The notes under the pieces: model-generated
What the model was told of the DNA's origin: nothing
Seen by the model: the letters and a program-made list of their open reading frames with translations, nothing else
Databases searched by the model: none
Made by a program: the position numbers and the translations under genes
Assembly: GCA_965216565.1 (NCBI GenBank)
Contig: OZ244170.1
Location: forward strand, 4,480,001 to 4,544,000
Length of the DNA: 64,000 nucleotides
Direction: 5' to 3'
DNA from: Bythopirellula sp.
Lineage (GTDB): Bacteria > Planctomycetota > Planctomycetia > Pirellulales > Lacipirellulaceae
Part shown: piece by piece, positions 12,362 to 22,604 of the stretch
Numbering within the stretch: the stretch's first letter is position 1
How the letters are laid out: each line of letters starts with the position of its first letter

Positions 12362-13529
12362 TAAGCTGCGTCGATTCGCGGATGATTAGATTGCCATCAA
12401 TAATGATTTGTTGTTGCCGCTGTTCGCGTTTTTTCACGCGTCGCACGATCGCCTCGTAGGCTGCTGACGCAAAAGATTCGATGGGCAGGCAAACTGTTGT
12501 CAGAGGAACATCCAAGAGCTCAGAAATCGGATCGTTATCGAAACCAGCGAGCTTAATGTCGGAGCCAACTTTGATGTTCAGTGAGTTAAGGTGCCGTCCC
12601 AGAATCGCAGCGAAGCGGTCGCTCTTGGCGATAATGGCATCTGGCTTCGCCTCCTGTACCAATTTCTTGCAGAATTCCTCGTCGAGTTCTTCCTCGTGAA
12701 CTGAGCAAACCAATTCCGGGGCCATGTTCAGCCCGTGTATTTGATGGGCTTCGAAGTAACCCATCAGTCGATCGGTGACTGCCGTCGATACCTCAGGAAT
12801 ACCAACAAAGGCAATTCTCTTGCATCCGGTTTCGATTAAATGGATCGTTAGCGCCGTACTACTTCTCCGATTGTCGTAGCCGACCCGCATAAACTCGCTA
12901 CGCTCGGGATAGGGGGCTAAGTCTCGATCGATCAGGACGACTTCGACTTTTGCTTCGGTAAGTCGATCGACAACTTCCCGATTTAAATCGACATCGCCCT
13001 CAGGAAGCTCGGCCGGATAATAGAGTACGCCGTCGACTTTGTCGTTGATGACCCTCTGCGCCGCCTGCAGCATGCCCGTCCGCAAGTCGCCAGAGGAAGA
13101 ATTGAAACCATGTAGTGAAAGCAGGTTTCCACCTTCGCTAGCAAGCCGCGATACTCGCTGGTAAATCAGTCCTTCGACATAGGGGAGCCGTTCGTCGGAC
13201 TCAACCCAAGGTACAAAAAACGAGAGTCGAATAACTTGATTCTCTTTCGACCTTTCATTGACATAGGTGCCATAACCCCGACAACGACTAACGAATCCCG
13301 CTTGCTCCAAGTCGCGCATCGCCCGAGAGACGGTCGTCCTTGAGACACCGTAGTGCCTCATCAACGCGGCTTCGGTGGGGACCATTCGCCCAGGCTCAAA
13401 GAACCCTTCGAGAATTTGAAGCCGAAGCGACTCGAAGATTTGACGGTACCTGGGCAACTCAGGGTTTGATTTACCCTGGCCAGATTTGGGGGCATTATGA
13501 CCATTCGAGGAAGATGGCAATTCCGCCAT
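12324..13529 (-). CDS. GntR-HTH / LacI-type sugar-binding transcriptional regulator (AraR-like architecture)
   Basis: PRYRQI...VPTEAALMRHYGVSRTTVSRAM...GYGTYV N-terminal wHTH; C-terminal LAGFDND...PLTTV...LIIRES; ATG 13529 chosen as start. Confidence 0.9.
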   Translation of the reverse strand: MAELPSSSNGHNAPKSGQGKSNPELPRYRQIFESLRLQILEGFFEPGRMVPTEAALMRHYGVSRTTVSRAMRDLEQAGFVSRCRGYGTYVNERSKENQVIRLSFFVPWVESDERLPYVEGLIYQRVSRLASEGGNLLSLHGFNSSSGDLRTGMLQAAQRVINDKVDGVLYYPAELPEGDVDLNREVVDRLTEAKVEVVLIDRDLAPYPERSEFMRVGYDNRRSSTALTIHLIETGCKRIAFVGIPEVSTAVTDRLMGYFEAHQIHGLNMAPELVCSVHEEELDEEFCKKLVQEAKPDAIIAKSDRFAAILGRHLNSLNIKVGSDIKLAGFDNDPISELLDVPLTTVCLPIESFASAAYEAIVRRVKKREQRQQQIIIDGNLIIRESTQLSESNGKKAKAAR

Positions 13530-13664
13530 GGCTAGACACATCGAAAATGGTTGTTTGAAAAGAAAGCAGCAAAATAGCTGGCTCACAGTAGTAGAGATTT
13601 GCATCTCGCCCACTGATTGATTATTAATCCATTTGATAAGCATTAGCAATGCATTTCTGATTTT

Positions 13665-13684
13665 AAATGATATGTCATTTCAAG
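13665..13684. promoter_or_regulatory. Candidate operator palindrome AAATGATATGTCATTT
   Basis: Near-perfect 16-bp inverted repeat in the divergent gap between the regulator and GH92; similar sites at 16150, 32410 and 40767. Confidence 0.4.
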
Positions 13685-13818
13685 CTGTTCTCTGCCTAAG
13701 TCCCGTGGGAAACTCGCATTATGGCTAGCCGGTCGAACTGGCCCTAGCTGTGACAGGTCCAGTGTTTCTCTTCTGAAATCCGCCCTAGTTCCCAAAACCC
13801 TCATCCCTGAGATTCCGC

Positions 13819-16089
13819 ATGCCCGCTCCTCGAACGAAGTTGTTTTGCAGTCTTTGTTGTGCATTTGCCTTTCTCTTTGGAAGCGAATCTCGGGGAGATG
13901 ACCCCGCCGATGTGGACTCTATCGATCCTATGATTGGGACGATTACGGTACGCAGCCCCGATGACTTTTACGGTCTGGGGAAAACTTACCCTGGAGTAGC
14001 GACGCCGTTTGGCATGGTGCAAATTAGCCCAGACACAATCACAGGCGGAGACAATGCCTCGGGCTACAACTACCTCACCGATTCGATTGAAGGATTTAGC
14101 CTCTGCCATTTGAGCGGCACGGGCTGGTACGGCGAGATGGGCAATTTTCAAGTGATGCCAACCCTTGGCCCCATCAACACAGACCGAGATGAAAACAGAT
14201 CGAAATTCGACCACGAGAACGAAGAGGCGGTGGCGGGCTATTACGCAGTGGATCTCGATCGGTCCAAAATTCGAGTCGAACTCACAGCCTCGCGTCATGC
14301 TGGTTTATATCGTTTCACGTTTCCAAAGTCGGATGTTGCCCGGATCCAAGTTGACCTGGCCCGACGAATTGGGATGAAGAAGCGTTGGCTGGAACATAGT
14401 CGCCAACACATCGAAGTTATCGACGCCCAGACGATTCAAGGTTGGATGGACTGCCCGAACACCGATGGAGGTTGGGGCCAAGGGGCGGGCGGCGTCTCTT
14501 ATCGGCTTCACTTTCACGCTCAGATTAGCAAGCCATTTGAAAATTGGGGTGCATGGGACAAGCACGCGATATCGAAAGGGGTTCGGGAATTTGAAGGCAC
14601 CAACTCGGGCTTTTATGGCGAATTTGCTACGGAAAAAGATGAGCAAGTCATGATGAAGGTTGGTATTTCGCTCGTCGACGTCGCCGGAGCGAAAAGGAAT
14701 CTCGAACAAGAGATGCCTGATTGGAACTTTGAAGGGATACGCGATGCGTGTCGCAAATCGTGGTCAGACGTTTTAGGTCTCGTGCAGTTCAAAGGAGGGA
14801 CGGAAACGGACCGCACGATTATGGCGACTGCTTTGTACCATAGCTTTCTCGAACCGCGGAGCATTGTTGATGCCGATGGTCGATATCGATCCCCCAGCGG
14901 GGAGATTCGAACTCAGAAGGACTTCCAGTTTCGCACAGTTTTCAGTGGTTGGGACGCGTTTCGTAGCCACTTCCCTCTGCTGACGATCATTCGTCCCGAT
15001 GTGATCCACGACGAAATCAACTCTTGGATTGAATTGGCTGCTGATACCGGGAAAGACTACTTGCCACGTTGGGAGATGCTTCACTCCTACTCAGGCTGCA
15101 TGCTAGGGAACCCTGCCGTCTCGGTGGTTCTCGATGCTTACCAAAAAGGGATTCGCGGCTACGATGTGGAGCGCGCTTACGAGTTGTGCGTCAACAGCGT
15201 CGAGAAATTCGGCAACGAGCCGCATGGGTACACGCCCAACAGTCTCTCGCACACGGTGGAGTATGCCTACACCGACTGGTGCGTGGGCAGACTGGCTGAG
15301 ATGCTTGGTAAGAGTGAGGATAGTGAGAAGTACTATCGTCGATCCTTGGCTTATAAGAATATTTGGGATCCTGAAGTCCGGTGGATGCGAGCCAAAGATG
15401 AAGACGGCAAATGGATGGAGTGGAGCGAAAAAACTACCTACGGCCAGGGATGCATCGAAAGCAATCCGTTTCAACAGGCGTGGTTTGTGCCTCACGATAT
15501 TCAAGGTCTGATGGAGTTGATGGGGGAAGAGTATTTCGCCACAGAGCTAGAAGTCTTCTTTGACAAAGCGCCCCAGGATTTGCAATGGAATGAATACTAC
15601 AACCATCCCAACGAACCGTGCCATCATGTTGCATATCTGTTCAACTACATTAAGAAGCCCTGGTTAACGCAGAAGTGGAGCCGCGCTGTTTGCGACATTG
15701 CCTACGGTACTGGGCCTTACGGACTAGGCGGGAACGAAGACGTCGGACAGCTTTCGGCTTGGTACATTTTGGCGGCCATGGGATTCCATCCGGTGTGCCC
15801 CGGCGACGGTATCTATTTGCTCGGCAGCCCCAAATTCGATGAGGTAACCATTCAGCTGGACCCGAAGTTCTACTCGGGCAAAACATTCAAGATCATTGCG
15901 CACAACAATTCAAAGGAAAACGTCTACGTCCAATCTGCACAGCTCAATGGCAAGGCATTGAAGCGATCTTGGATAACTCACACGGAAATTGTTTCCGGCG
16001 GCCAACTGGAGTTTGAGTTAGGTCCGGAACCCAATCGTGAATGGGGTGAGCCACCAGCCACGTCGAATTTGCCTGAAGGTATTCGGTAA
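13819..16089 (+). CDS. GH92 alpha-mannosidase
   Basis: TYPGVATPFGMVQISPDT, FSGWDAFRS, IESN, YNHPNEP, GNEDVGQLSAWY; signal peptide. Confidence 0.95.
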   Translation: MPAPRTKLFCSLCCAFAFLFGSESRGDDPADVDSIDPMIGTITVRSPDDFYGLGKTYPGVATPFGMVQISPDTITGGDNASGYNYLTDSIEGFSLCHLSGTGWYGEMGNFQVMPTLGPINTDRDENRSKFDHENEEAVAGYYAVDLDRSKIRVELTASRHAGLYRFTFPKSDVARIQVDLARRIGMKKRWLEHSRQHIEVIDAQTIQGWMDCPNTDGGWGQGAGGVSYRLHFHAQISKPFENWGAWDKHAISKGVREFEGTNSGFYGEFATEKDEQVMMKVGISLVDVAGAKRNLEQEMPDWNFEGIRDACRKSWSDVLGLVQFKGGTETDRTIMATALYHSFLEPRSIVDADGRYRSPSGEIRTQKDFQFRTVFSGWDAFRSHFPLLTIIRPDVIHDEINSWIELAADTGKDYLPRWEMLHSYSGCMLGNPAVSVVLDAYQKGIRGYDVERAYELCVNSVEKFGNEPHGYTPNSLSHTVEYAYTDWCVGRLAEMLGKSEDSEKYYRRSLAYKNIWDPEVRWMRAKDEDGKWMEWSEKTTYGQGCIESNPFQQAWFVPHDIQGLMELMGEEYFATELEVFFDKAPQDLQWNEYYNHPNEPCHHVAYLFNYIKKPWLTQKWSRAVCDIAYGTGPYGLGGNEDVGQLSAWYILAAMGFHPVCPGDGIYLLGSPKFDEVTIQLDPKFYSGKTFKIIAHNNSKENVYVQSAQLNGKALKRSWITHTEIVSGGQLEFELGPEPNREWGEPPATSNLPEGIR

Positions 16090-16276
16090 GTAGCGAATGT
16101 GAGCCGGTGTCTACTTTGCAGTCCGGCAGCCAAGTTGGATTAAATCTCGAAATGCTGTATCAACCCAGCCTATATTCGGGATTGGAAACTTGTTGGCGCG
16201 CCAAAGTCCTATGTGTCACAATTGAAAGAGTAAGCTCTTTCATGTGCCTTTTCTTGATAACTGCTGGTGTTTTGCG

Positions 16277-19200
16277 ATGAAGACCGCTCTGTTTGTTGCC
16301 GCAGCTTCGACGTGGTTGGCTCTCAACGCCAGGGCGGTTGATTATTCGGCATCAGTTCGTCCGATCCTGACGGACCATTGCTTTCAGTGCCATGGACCCG
16401 ATGAGGGAACTCTGGAAGCCGAGCTGCGACTCGATACGGAAGAAGGCATCGAGTATGCATTTGCCGGAGGCATGCTGGACGAGAGCGAGGCTTGGCGAAG
16501 GATTGTATCGGACGATCCAGACGAACAAATGCCTCCGCCAGACTATGATAAGCCCCTTACCCCGGAGCAGATCGATATTCTGAAAGAATGGATGTCGCAG
16601 GGAGCCGCATGGTCGGAGCACTGGGCATTCATAAAACCTGGGAAGGAAGTGCCCCCGGAGGCAATCGAAGAGGATCATCCTATTGATAAGTTTGTGCGCG
16701 CCAGATTGCGCCGGGCAGGCTTGGAGCACTCCCCGTCGGCATCCCGTGAAACTCTGATTCGCAGATTGAAATTCGACCTACTGGGCCTTCCACCGACTAC
16801 TGAGGAAATTGATCACTTTCTCAGCGATACATCTCACGATGCCTACGAGCGCCTTGTCGATCGGTTCCTGGAGTCACCCCACTTTGGCGAGCACATGGCT
16901 GTGCAGTGGCTCGATGGTGCCCGGTATGCGGATACGAATGGCTATCAAAACGATTTCAAACGATCGATGTGGCCTTGGCGGGACTGGGTGATCGATGCCT
17001 TCAACGCAAATATGCCCTACGACCAATTTGTGATTGAGCAAATTGCCGGAGATCTGCTCCCCGATCCTACTTTGCAGCAACGCATCGCGACGGGATTCAA
17101 TCGAAACAATCGGACGGTTACCGAGTTTGGTTCCATCGAGCAAGAGTGGCTCGTAGAGAATGTTGTCGATCGGGTTGAAACCACTTCGGCAGTGTTTCTA
17201 GGCCTGACGCTTGGCTGTGCACGCTGCCACGACCATAAGTACGACCCTGTGAGCCAGCGCGAGTTCTATGAGTTCTTTTCATTTTTCTACAACGTGAAAG
17301 AGAAAGGCGTCTTCCAGGAAGCGCGCGGCAATACCGATCCACTGGTACCAGTCTTGCCGGCAGAAGAACTGTCGCGTCTTGACGATCTAAAAGCCACCGA
17401 GGCTGAGGCGGAAACTTCGTTCAAGGAGCTTCGTAAACAGTTGAACGAACAAGCTACCCAGTGGCGCCCCCCCATGCCCGAGGCGACCCAAGAAGATGCG
17501 CTTCCAGACAGCCCATTCCGTCTCCCGCTCGAGGGGACGACTGATGCCCAGCTTGCCGATGGAAATGTGTTGCTCCCCACCACAGAGACCGGCAACGTAG
17601 TGTGGAATGATGAAATCTTCGGCAAAGCGGCAAAGTTTTCCGGACTCCACACCCTGGAGTATGCGGATGCGGTTGCGCCAGATTTCGACAAGCCTTTTAC
17701 ATTCGTGTTTTGGATCAAGCCGGAAAAGATGGGGGCGGTGCTTGATAAGATCGATCTGAAACAACTATCGAGAGGCTTCGATATCTATTGGAAGCAGCCA
17801 GGTAAGCTTGAGATGCATATCATTAGTAGCTGGCCTGACGATGCTATGAAGGTTTCGACTGAGAAGGAAGGCGTGGTGCCGGCCAATACATGGTCGCATA
17901 TCGCAATTAGCTACGACGGAAGTGGCAAGGCCGCGGGCGTGACGCTCTGGGTGAACGGACTTGAGGTGGCTCTCAAGGTGGAGGTCGACCAACTGAAAAG
18001 TGCATTTGCTGTCGATCAACCCCTGCGACTGGCGGGCACTTCTAGAGGGTTTACTTTCTTCGGCACTGTCAACGACTTGCGGTACTACGAGGCTGTTCTC
18101 GATCGAGCTCAAGTGCAAACGGCAATCGAGCAAGGGCTTGCCAAGATGCCTGACTTAAGCGGCAAGCAGTTGTCGAGCAATCAGCATAAAGAACTGGGAG
18201 AACTATTCGGAAACTTCTCACGAAATGAGTTCGCCAAAAAATATCGAGAGGCCCGAGATTTCGTAGCTGCCACACAGGCGAAAATTACTGAGCTGATTGA
18301 ATCGTATCCAACTGCGATGGTGATGGAGGAACTCGCAGCCCCCCGCCAAGCGTATGTTCTGACGCGTGGTGAGTACGATAAGCCTGATAAGTCGCAGCCT
18401 GTATCTGCCGATGTGCCCGACTTCCTGGGCGAGTTGCCATCTGAAATGGAACCGAGTCGACTCGCGCTGGCAAACTGGATGGTTTCTCCCGAGAATCCAT
18501 TAACCGCGCGGGTGCGAGTCAATCGTATTTGGGAATTGCTCTTTGGGACCGGGATCGTAAAGACCTCAGAAAACTTCGGTGTCCAGGCGGAGCCCCCTTC
18601 TCACCCTGAGCTACTGAATTGGTTAACCAATGAGTTCATCGCATCGGGTTGGGATACGAAGGGGCTTATAAGGTTGATTGTGACTAGCAAGACTTATAGG
18701 CAAAGCTCTGTGATTTCTGATCAGCATTCGCAGCGTGACCCCGCGAATCGGCTCTTGGCGCGAGGGCCTAGGTTCCGACTTTCGGCAGAGATGGTACGAG
18801 ACAATGCTTTGGCCGTCAGCGGATTACTCACGACGCACGTCGGCGGTGAATCGATCAAACCGTACCAGCCTGAGGGCCTGTGGGATGAGTTGGCGGGCGG
18901 AGCTAGCGAGGGTCCCTATGTGCAGAGCCATGGCGAAGATCTCTATCGACGTAGTCTTTATATCTATCGGAAGCGAACAGTTCCGCACCCGGTGACCAAT
19001 ACTTTCGATGCGCCCAGTTTTGAAATTTGCCAGGTCGCGAGAACTCGAACCAATACCCCGCTGCAGGCCTTGGCGTTGCTCAACGACGTCACTTATCTGG
19101 AGGCGGCCCGCAAACTGGGCGAGCGAATGCTCGTCGAAGGGGGGGACAGCGATCGCGAAAAACTAACCTACGGATTCCGGCTTGCCACGGGCAGACGACC

Positions 19201-19402
19201 CAATAGTCGAGAATTGGAAATACTTGCTCAGGGCTGTGAGCGAAAGCGGGTCATGTTTGCTGGCGATGTGGAACGTGCCAAGACGTACGTCAGCCATGGC
19301 GAAGCGGATTCGGATAGCCAAATTCCTGTCACCGAGCTTGCGACATACACTGCGATGGGTAGCGTACTGTTGAATCTTGACGAGACCATCACGAAGGAGT
19401 GA
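16277..19402 (+). CDS. Planctomycete cytochrome c / DUF1549 / DUF1553 protein with inserted LamG (concanavalin A-like) domain
   Basis: CFQCH, CARCH; WSHIAISYDGSGKAAGVTLWVNG LamG insert; ends NLDETITKE. Confidence 0.93.
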   Translation: MKTALFVAAASTWLALNARAVDYSASVRPILTDHCFQCHGPDEGTLEAELRLDTEEGIEYAFAGGMLDESEAWRRIVSDDPDEQMPPPDYDKPLTPEQIDILKEWMSQGAAWSEHWAFIKPGKEVPPEAIEEDHPIDKFVRARLRRAGLEHSPSASRETLIRRLKFDLLGLPPTTEEIDHFLSDTSHDAYERLVDRFLESPHFGEHMAVQWLDGARYADTNGYQNDFKRSMWPWRDWVIDAFNANMPYDQFVIEQIAGDLLPDPTLQQRIATGFNRNNRTVTEFGSIEQEWLVENVVDRVETTSAVFLGLTLGCARCHDHKYDPVSQREFYEFFSFFYNVKEKGVFQEARGNTDPLVPVLPAEELSRLDDLKATEAEAETSFKELRKQLNEQATQWRPPMPEATQEDALPDSPFRLPLEGTTDAQLADGNVLLPTTETGNVVWNDEIFGKAAKFSGLHTLEYADAVAPDFDKPFTFVFWIKPEKMGAVLDKIDLKQLSRGFDIYWKQPGKLEMHIISSWPDDAMKVSTEKEGVVPANTWSHIAISYDGSGKAAGVTLWVNGLEVALKVEVDQLKSAFAVDQPLRLAGTSRGFTFFGTVNDLRYYEAVLDRAQVQTAIEQGLAKMPDLSGKQLSSNQHKELGELFGNFSRNEFAKKYREARDFVAATQAKITELIESYPTAMVMEELAAPRQAYVLTRGEYDKPDKSQPVSADVPDFLGELPSEMEPSRLALANWMVSPENPLTARVRVNRIWELLFGTGIVKTSENFGVQAEPPSHPELLNWLTNEFIASGWDTKGLIRLIVTSKTYRQSSVISDQHSQRDPANRLLARGPRFRLSAEMVRDNALAVSGLLTTHVGGESIKPYQPEGLWDELAGGASEGPYVQSHGEDLYRRSLYIYRKRTVPHPVTNTFDAPSFEICQVARTRTNTPLQALALLNDVTYLEAARKLGERMLVEGGDSDREKLTYGFRLATGRRPNSRELEILAQGCERKRVMFAGDVERAKTYVSHGEADSDSQIPVTELATYTAMGSVLLNLDETITKE

Positions 19403-19408
19403 TTCCCT

Positions 19409-20866
19409 ATGGGCAAGCCAGAGACATTGACCTATGCCCAAGAATTAAACAGGCGGCACTTTCTGTCTCGTGCTGGGACGGCGATTGGGGCCACGGCTCT
19501 CAATTCGCTATTCTTTGGAGATCAACTTCACGCTGTTTCGAACGCTCCCCAGCCGAACTCAGTGGCAGGCTTAGCCGCCAAAGCTAAACGCGTTATCTAC
19601 TTGTTCCAGTCGGGAGCGCCGTCTCAATTCGAGTCATTCGACTATAAGCCGAAGCTCGCGGAGATCAGCGGCCAAGAGCTTCCCGACTCAATCCGTCAAG
19701 GACAACGGCTTACGACCATGACATCTGGTCAAGATTCGTTTCCCATCGCTCATTCGATCTTTAAGTTTGCCCAACATGGAAACAGTGGTGCTTGGATTAG
19801 CGAATTGTTCCCCCACACCGCCGGTGTGGCCGACGACCTTTGCTTTGTGAAGTCGCTCAAGACAGAAGCCATCAATCACGACCCAGCGATCACCTTCTGC
19901 CAAACCGGTTTTCAACTGGCTGGCCGGCCGAGTCTGGGGGCTTGGGTTGCCTATGGCCTGGGGGCTATGAACCAAGAGTTGCCGGCCTACATAGTTATGG
20001 TTTCTCGCGGTACAGGTCGTAAGGCGGGGCAGCCTCTCTACGATCGTCTGTGGGGTTCGGGGTTCTTGCCAGGCAAATACCAGGGAGTGAAGCTCCGCGC
20101 CGGCGACGATCCTGTGCTCTACCTGGTCGATCCAGCCGGTTGCACGACTCGACTGCGGCGTGACATGCTCGATGACCTAAATGCACTGAACCGCGAAAAA
20201 TACGAAAGCGCCAAGGATCAAGAGATTCTTACGCGGGTGTCGCAGTACGAAATGGCATTCCGCATGCAGACCTCCGTTCCGGATCTCACCGATATCTCGC
20301 AGGAGCCGAAGCATGTGTTGGATATGTACGGACCCGATGTTCACAAGCCAGGTACGTATGCGAGAAACTGTTTGCTAGCGCGGCGACTTGCTGAGCGTGA
20401 TGTTCGATTTATCCAGCTCTATCACATGGGCTGGGATCAGCACAACGATCTGCCCGACCATATGAGCAAGCAATGCAAAGATACCGATCAACCGTCCGCC
20501 GCACTGGTAGCCGACCTGAAACAACGGGGACTGCTGGACGATACTTTGATTATTTGGGGAGGTGAATTCGGCAGGACTGTTTACTGCCAAGGCGAACTGA
20601 CAGCTACGAATTACGGTCGTGATCATCATCCGCGTTGCTTCACGATGTGGCTCGCAGGGGGTGGAGTCAAAGGGGGAACCACTTACGGTGCCACGGACGA
20701 CTTCTCGTACAACATCGTCGAGAATCCCGCAGAAATCTACGATCTCAACGCCACGATTCTGCATCTCATGGGAATGAAGCACACCAAGCTAACCTACCGA
20801 TATCAAGGTCGCGACTATCGGCTCACCGACGTGCATGGCAAAGTTCTGAAAGACATCCTGGCTTAG
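19409..20866 (+). CDS. DUF1501 family protein (Tat-exported)
   Basis: NRRHFL Tat motif; [33 protein letters not shown]. Confidence 0.93.
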   Translation: MGKPETLTYAQELNRRHFLSRAGTAIGATALNSLFFGDQLHAVSNAPQPNSVAGLAAKAKRVIYLFQSGAPSQFESFDYKPKLAEISGQELPDSIRQGQRLTTMTSGQDSFPIAHSIFKFAQHGNSGAWISELFPHTAGVADDLCFVKSLKTEAINHDPAITFCQTGFQLAGRPSLGAWVAYGLGAMNQELPAYIVMVSRGTGRKAGQPLYDRLWGSGFLPGKYQGVKLRAGDDPVLYLVDPAGCTTRLRRDMLDDLNALNREKYESAKDQEILTRVSQYEMAFRMQTSVPDLTDISQEPKHVLDMYGPDVHKPGTYARNCLLARRLAERDVRFIQLYHMGWDQHNDLPDHMSKQCKDTDQPSAALVADLKQRGLLDDTLIIWGGEFGRTVYCQGELTATNYGRDHHPRCFTMWLAGGGVKGGTTYGATDDFSYNIVENPAEIYDLNATILHLMGMKHTKLTYRYQGRDYRLTDVHGKVLKDILA

Positions 20867-21555
20867 TTGGCATTGCCCTGCTGAATTTTCTCTAGTCGCA
20901 TTGCTTCGTAACGATGCTTGTAGGCCTCTTCCAACTGGCCCGACTTTTTCAGGGCGACCGCCAGATTGTTGTGGGCCCGCGAATGCTCGGGCCGGAGGGT
21001 GATAACTTTCCGATATTGCACCATGGCGTCTTCGATTCTGTCGTTCGCGAACAGAGCATTCCCCAGATTGAACGAGGCTTCGATGTTCTCGGGATCAAGC
21101 GATAGGGCCCGCTGGAAGTGCTCAATGGCTAAATCGAACTTCTTCTGCATGGCAAATGCTGCGGCGAGATTGTTATGGTACCGAGCGTCAGAATCGTTCT
21201 CAGCGATGGCGGCCTGATAGGCTGCGATTGCATCGTCCAGACGGCCTCGCGATTGTAGACTGAGCCCCAGGTTGTATTGGGCCTGGTCGTTGTGTGGGTC
21301 GCGGGCCACGATATCGCGGAAGGCGTTTTCACTGCTATTGGCCAGACTTGCTGCTTCGTCGAGATCTCCCTCGTCCAGCCAGACTGCCTTGTAAAAAAAT
21401 GCCGTTCCAGCGAGCAGGAGCAAAGAAAGCAAAGCCCAACCTCGCCATCCTTGGGAAACAGTCCGATTCGCTGGTGCCGTTTTTTGATTGGAACGCTTCC
21501 CTCGGCTTGAGGGTTCGTTCGGTTTTTTGGCCTTAGACCGCTTGCGCCGCGACAT
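20863..21555 (-). CDS. Membrane-anchored tetratricopeptide repeat protein
   Basis: Basic N-terminus, one TM segment, about 4 TPRs (AQYNLG, YHNNLA, ASFNLG, AHNNLA). Confidence 0.88.
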   Translation of the reverse strand: MSRRKRSKAKKPNEPSSRGKRSNQKTAPANRTVSQGWRGWALLSLLLLAGTAFFYKAVWLDEGDLDEAASLANSSENAFRDIVARDPHNDQAQYNLGLSLQSRGRLDDAIAAYQAAIAENDSDARYHNNLAAAFAMQKKFDLAIEHFQRALSLDPENIEASFNLGNALFANDRIEDAMVQYRKVITLRPEHSRAHNNLAVALKKSGQLEEAYKHRYEAMRLEKIQQGNAN

Positions 21556-21586
21556 GGAAGGTCGATATTCGAGATGACATTGGGGC

Positions 21587-21624
21587 AAAAAAACAGCACG
21601 ACCAACTCTCGTTGATCGTGCTGT
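21587..21624 (-). terminator. Rho-independent terminator
   Basis: ACAGCACGA-C-CAAC / GTTG-A-TCGTGCTGT stem followed by a T run on the minus strand, about 30 bp after the stop at 21653. Confidence 0.7.
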
Positions 21625-21652
21625 AGAGTCTATCAGAAACAGGATTACCTAG

Positions 21653-22336
21653 TTAGGTGCACCTCTTCATGCTCATTCTGCGGCGTCGACTGACGAACGC
21701 ATAAGTACCCATGGCCAACAGAGCGATACTGGTTGGCTCTGGTACTTGGACTCCCCGGAAGCGGACTTCAGACAATCCAGCAGTTCCGTCATCGACCCCG
21801 CCTTGTACGGAGTTGATAGTGAGCCTGATTCGTCTCACATCATCAGCACCAGCACCAAGCGCGAAAACCTGTGCCGGTTCATTGAATCCACCAACGTTGG
21901 GATCCTGGGCAGGTGCCATGTTGATGGTGCCGATCGATACCAATGGCGATACAAGGTCTGAGGCTACAGAGATCTCGACTTCGTCAAGTTCGCGATCGGG
22001 CTCGGCAATGCCAAAGCCATTCAAACCGTTGTACTGCCAGAGAATGGCTTCACTTAGATCGTACCTAGCCTGGAGATCAAATTCGACCCATTCACCGATC
22101 GAAGTGCCTGTACCCAGGTTGAAACTTTGCCACATGTTGTTTTCATTGTTGTCGTGCAGTTGGTCTTCAACAAGTCCGACTCCCGAGAGTCCTGACCCAT
22201 TGACCAAGTTGTCGGCATCTGCGAACTCACTTGAGTTTGCTACCGGCAATGCAGGCGTCACGACATCCGCCTGTGCCTGTACGGTTGCCAGCGCCACGAT
22301 GAGCGTGCAACCTAAAACTAGTTTAATCCTGTCCAT
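21653..22336 (-). CDS. PEP-CTERM protein with discoidin/galactose-binding-like domain
   Basis: Signal peptide; WVEFDL..YDLSEAILWQYN..RRIRLTI..GLSEVRF; VPEPT + TM + RRRR. Confidence 0.85.
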   Translation of the reverse strand: MDRIKLVLGCTLIVALATVQAQADVVTPALPVANSSEFADADNLVNGSGLSGVGLVEDQLHDNNENNMWQSFNLGTGTSIGEWVEFDLQARYDLSEAILWQYNGLNGFGIAEPDRELDEVEISVASDLVSPLVSIGTINMAPAQDPNVGGFNEPAQVFALGAGADDVRRIRLTINSVQGGVDDGTAGLSEVRFRGVQVPEPTSIALLAMGTYAFVSRRRRMSMKRCT

Positions 22337-22604
22337 TAGCTACCTCCCGATATCAAGAAGAAAAGTAAATGCGAAATCTCTTCGGTCGCGAATTGCCTTG
22401 AAACAACCAGCGACCTGGAAAGCCGACGCGAAGACCCCGACTTGTTAGCCTTCAGAATAGTTGAGGGCCCGGTTTTAGTCAATTTTCTAAGGGTCTTAGG
22501 ACCCTCCGATTGGATCGGTCATTTGGGCTACTCTTGCCCCTTTTAGTAGGGTTTGGCTGGGCGTAACTCGTTTGGCTGCATGATTCAAAAGCAAATGAGC
22601 GGAT

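Noticed and set aside
19400..19411. DUF1553 TGA stop is in frame with the downstream DUF1501 ATG (TGA TTC CCT ATG), suggesting possible read-through
   Set aside because: The protein ends at the family-typical ETITKE. The paralogue ends identically with TAA and is out of frame with its partner. DUF1501 has its own Tat signal.
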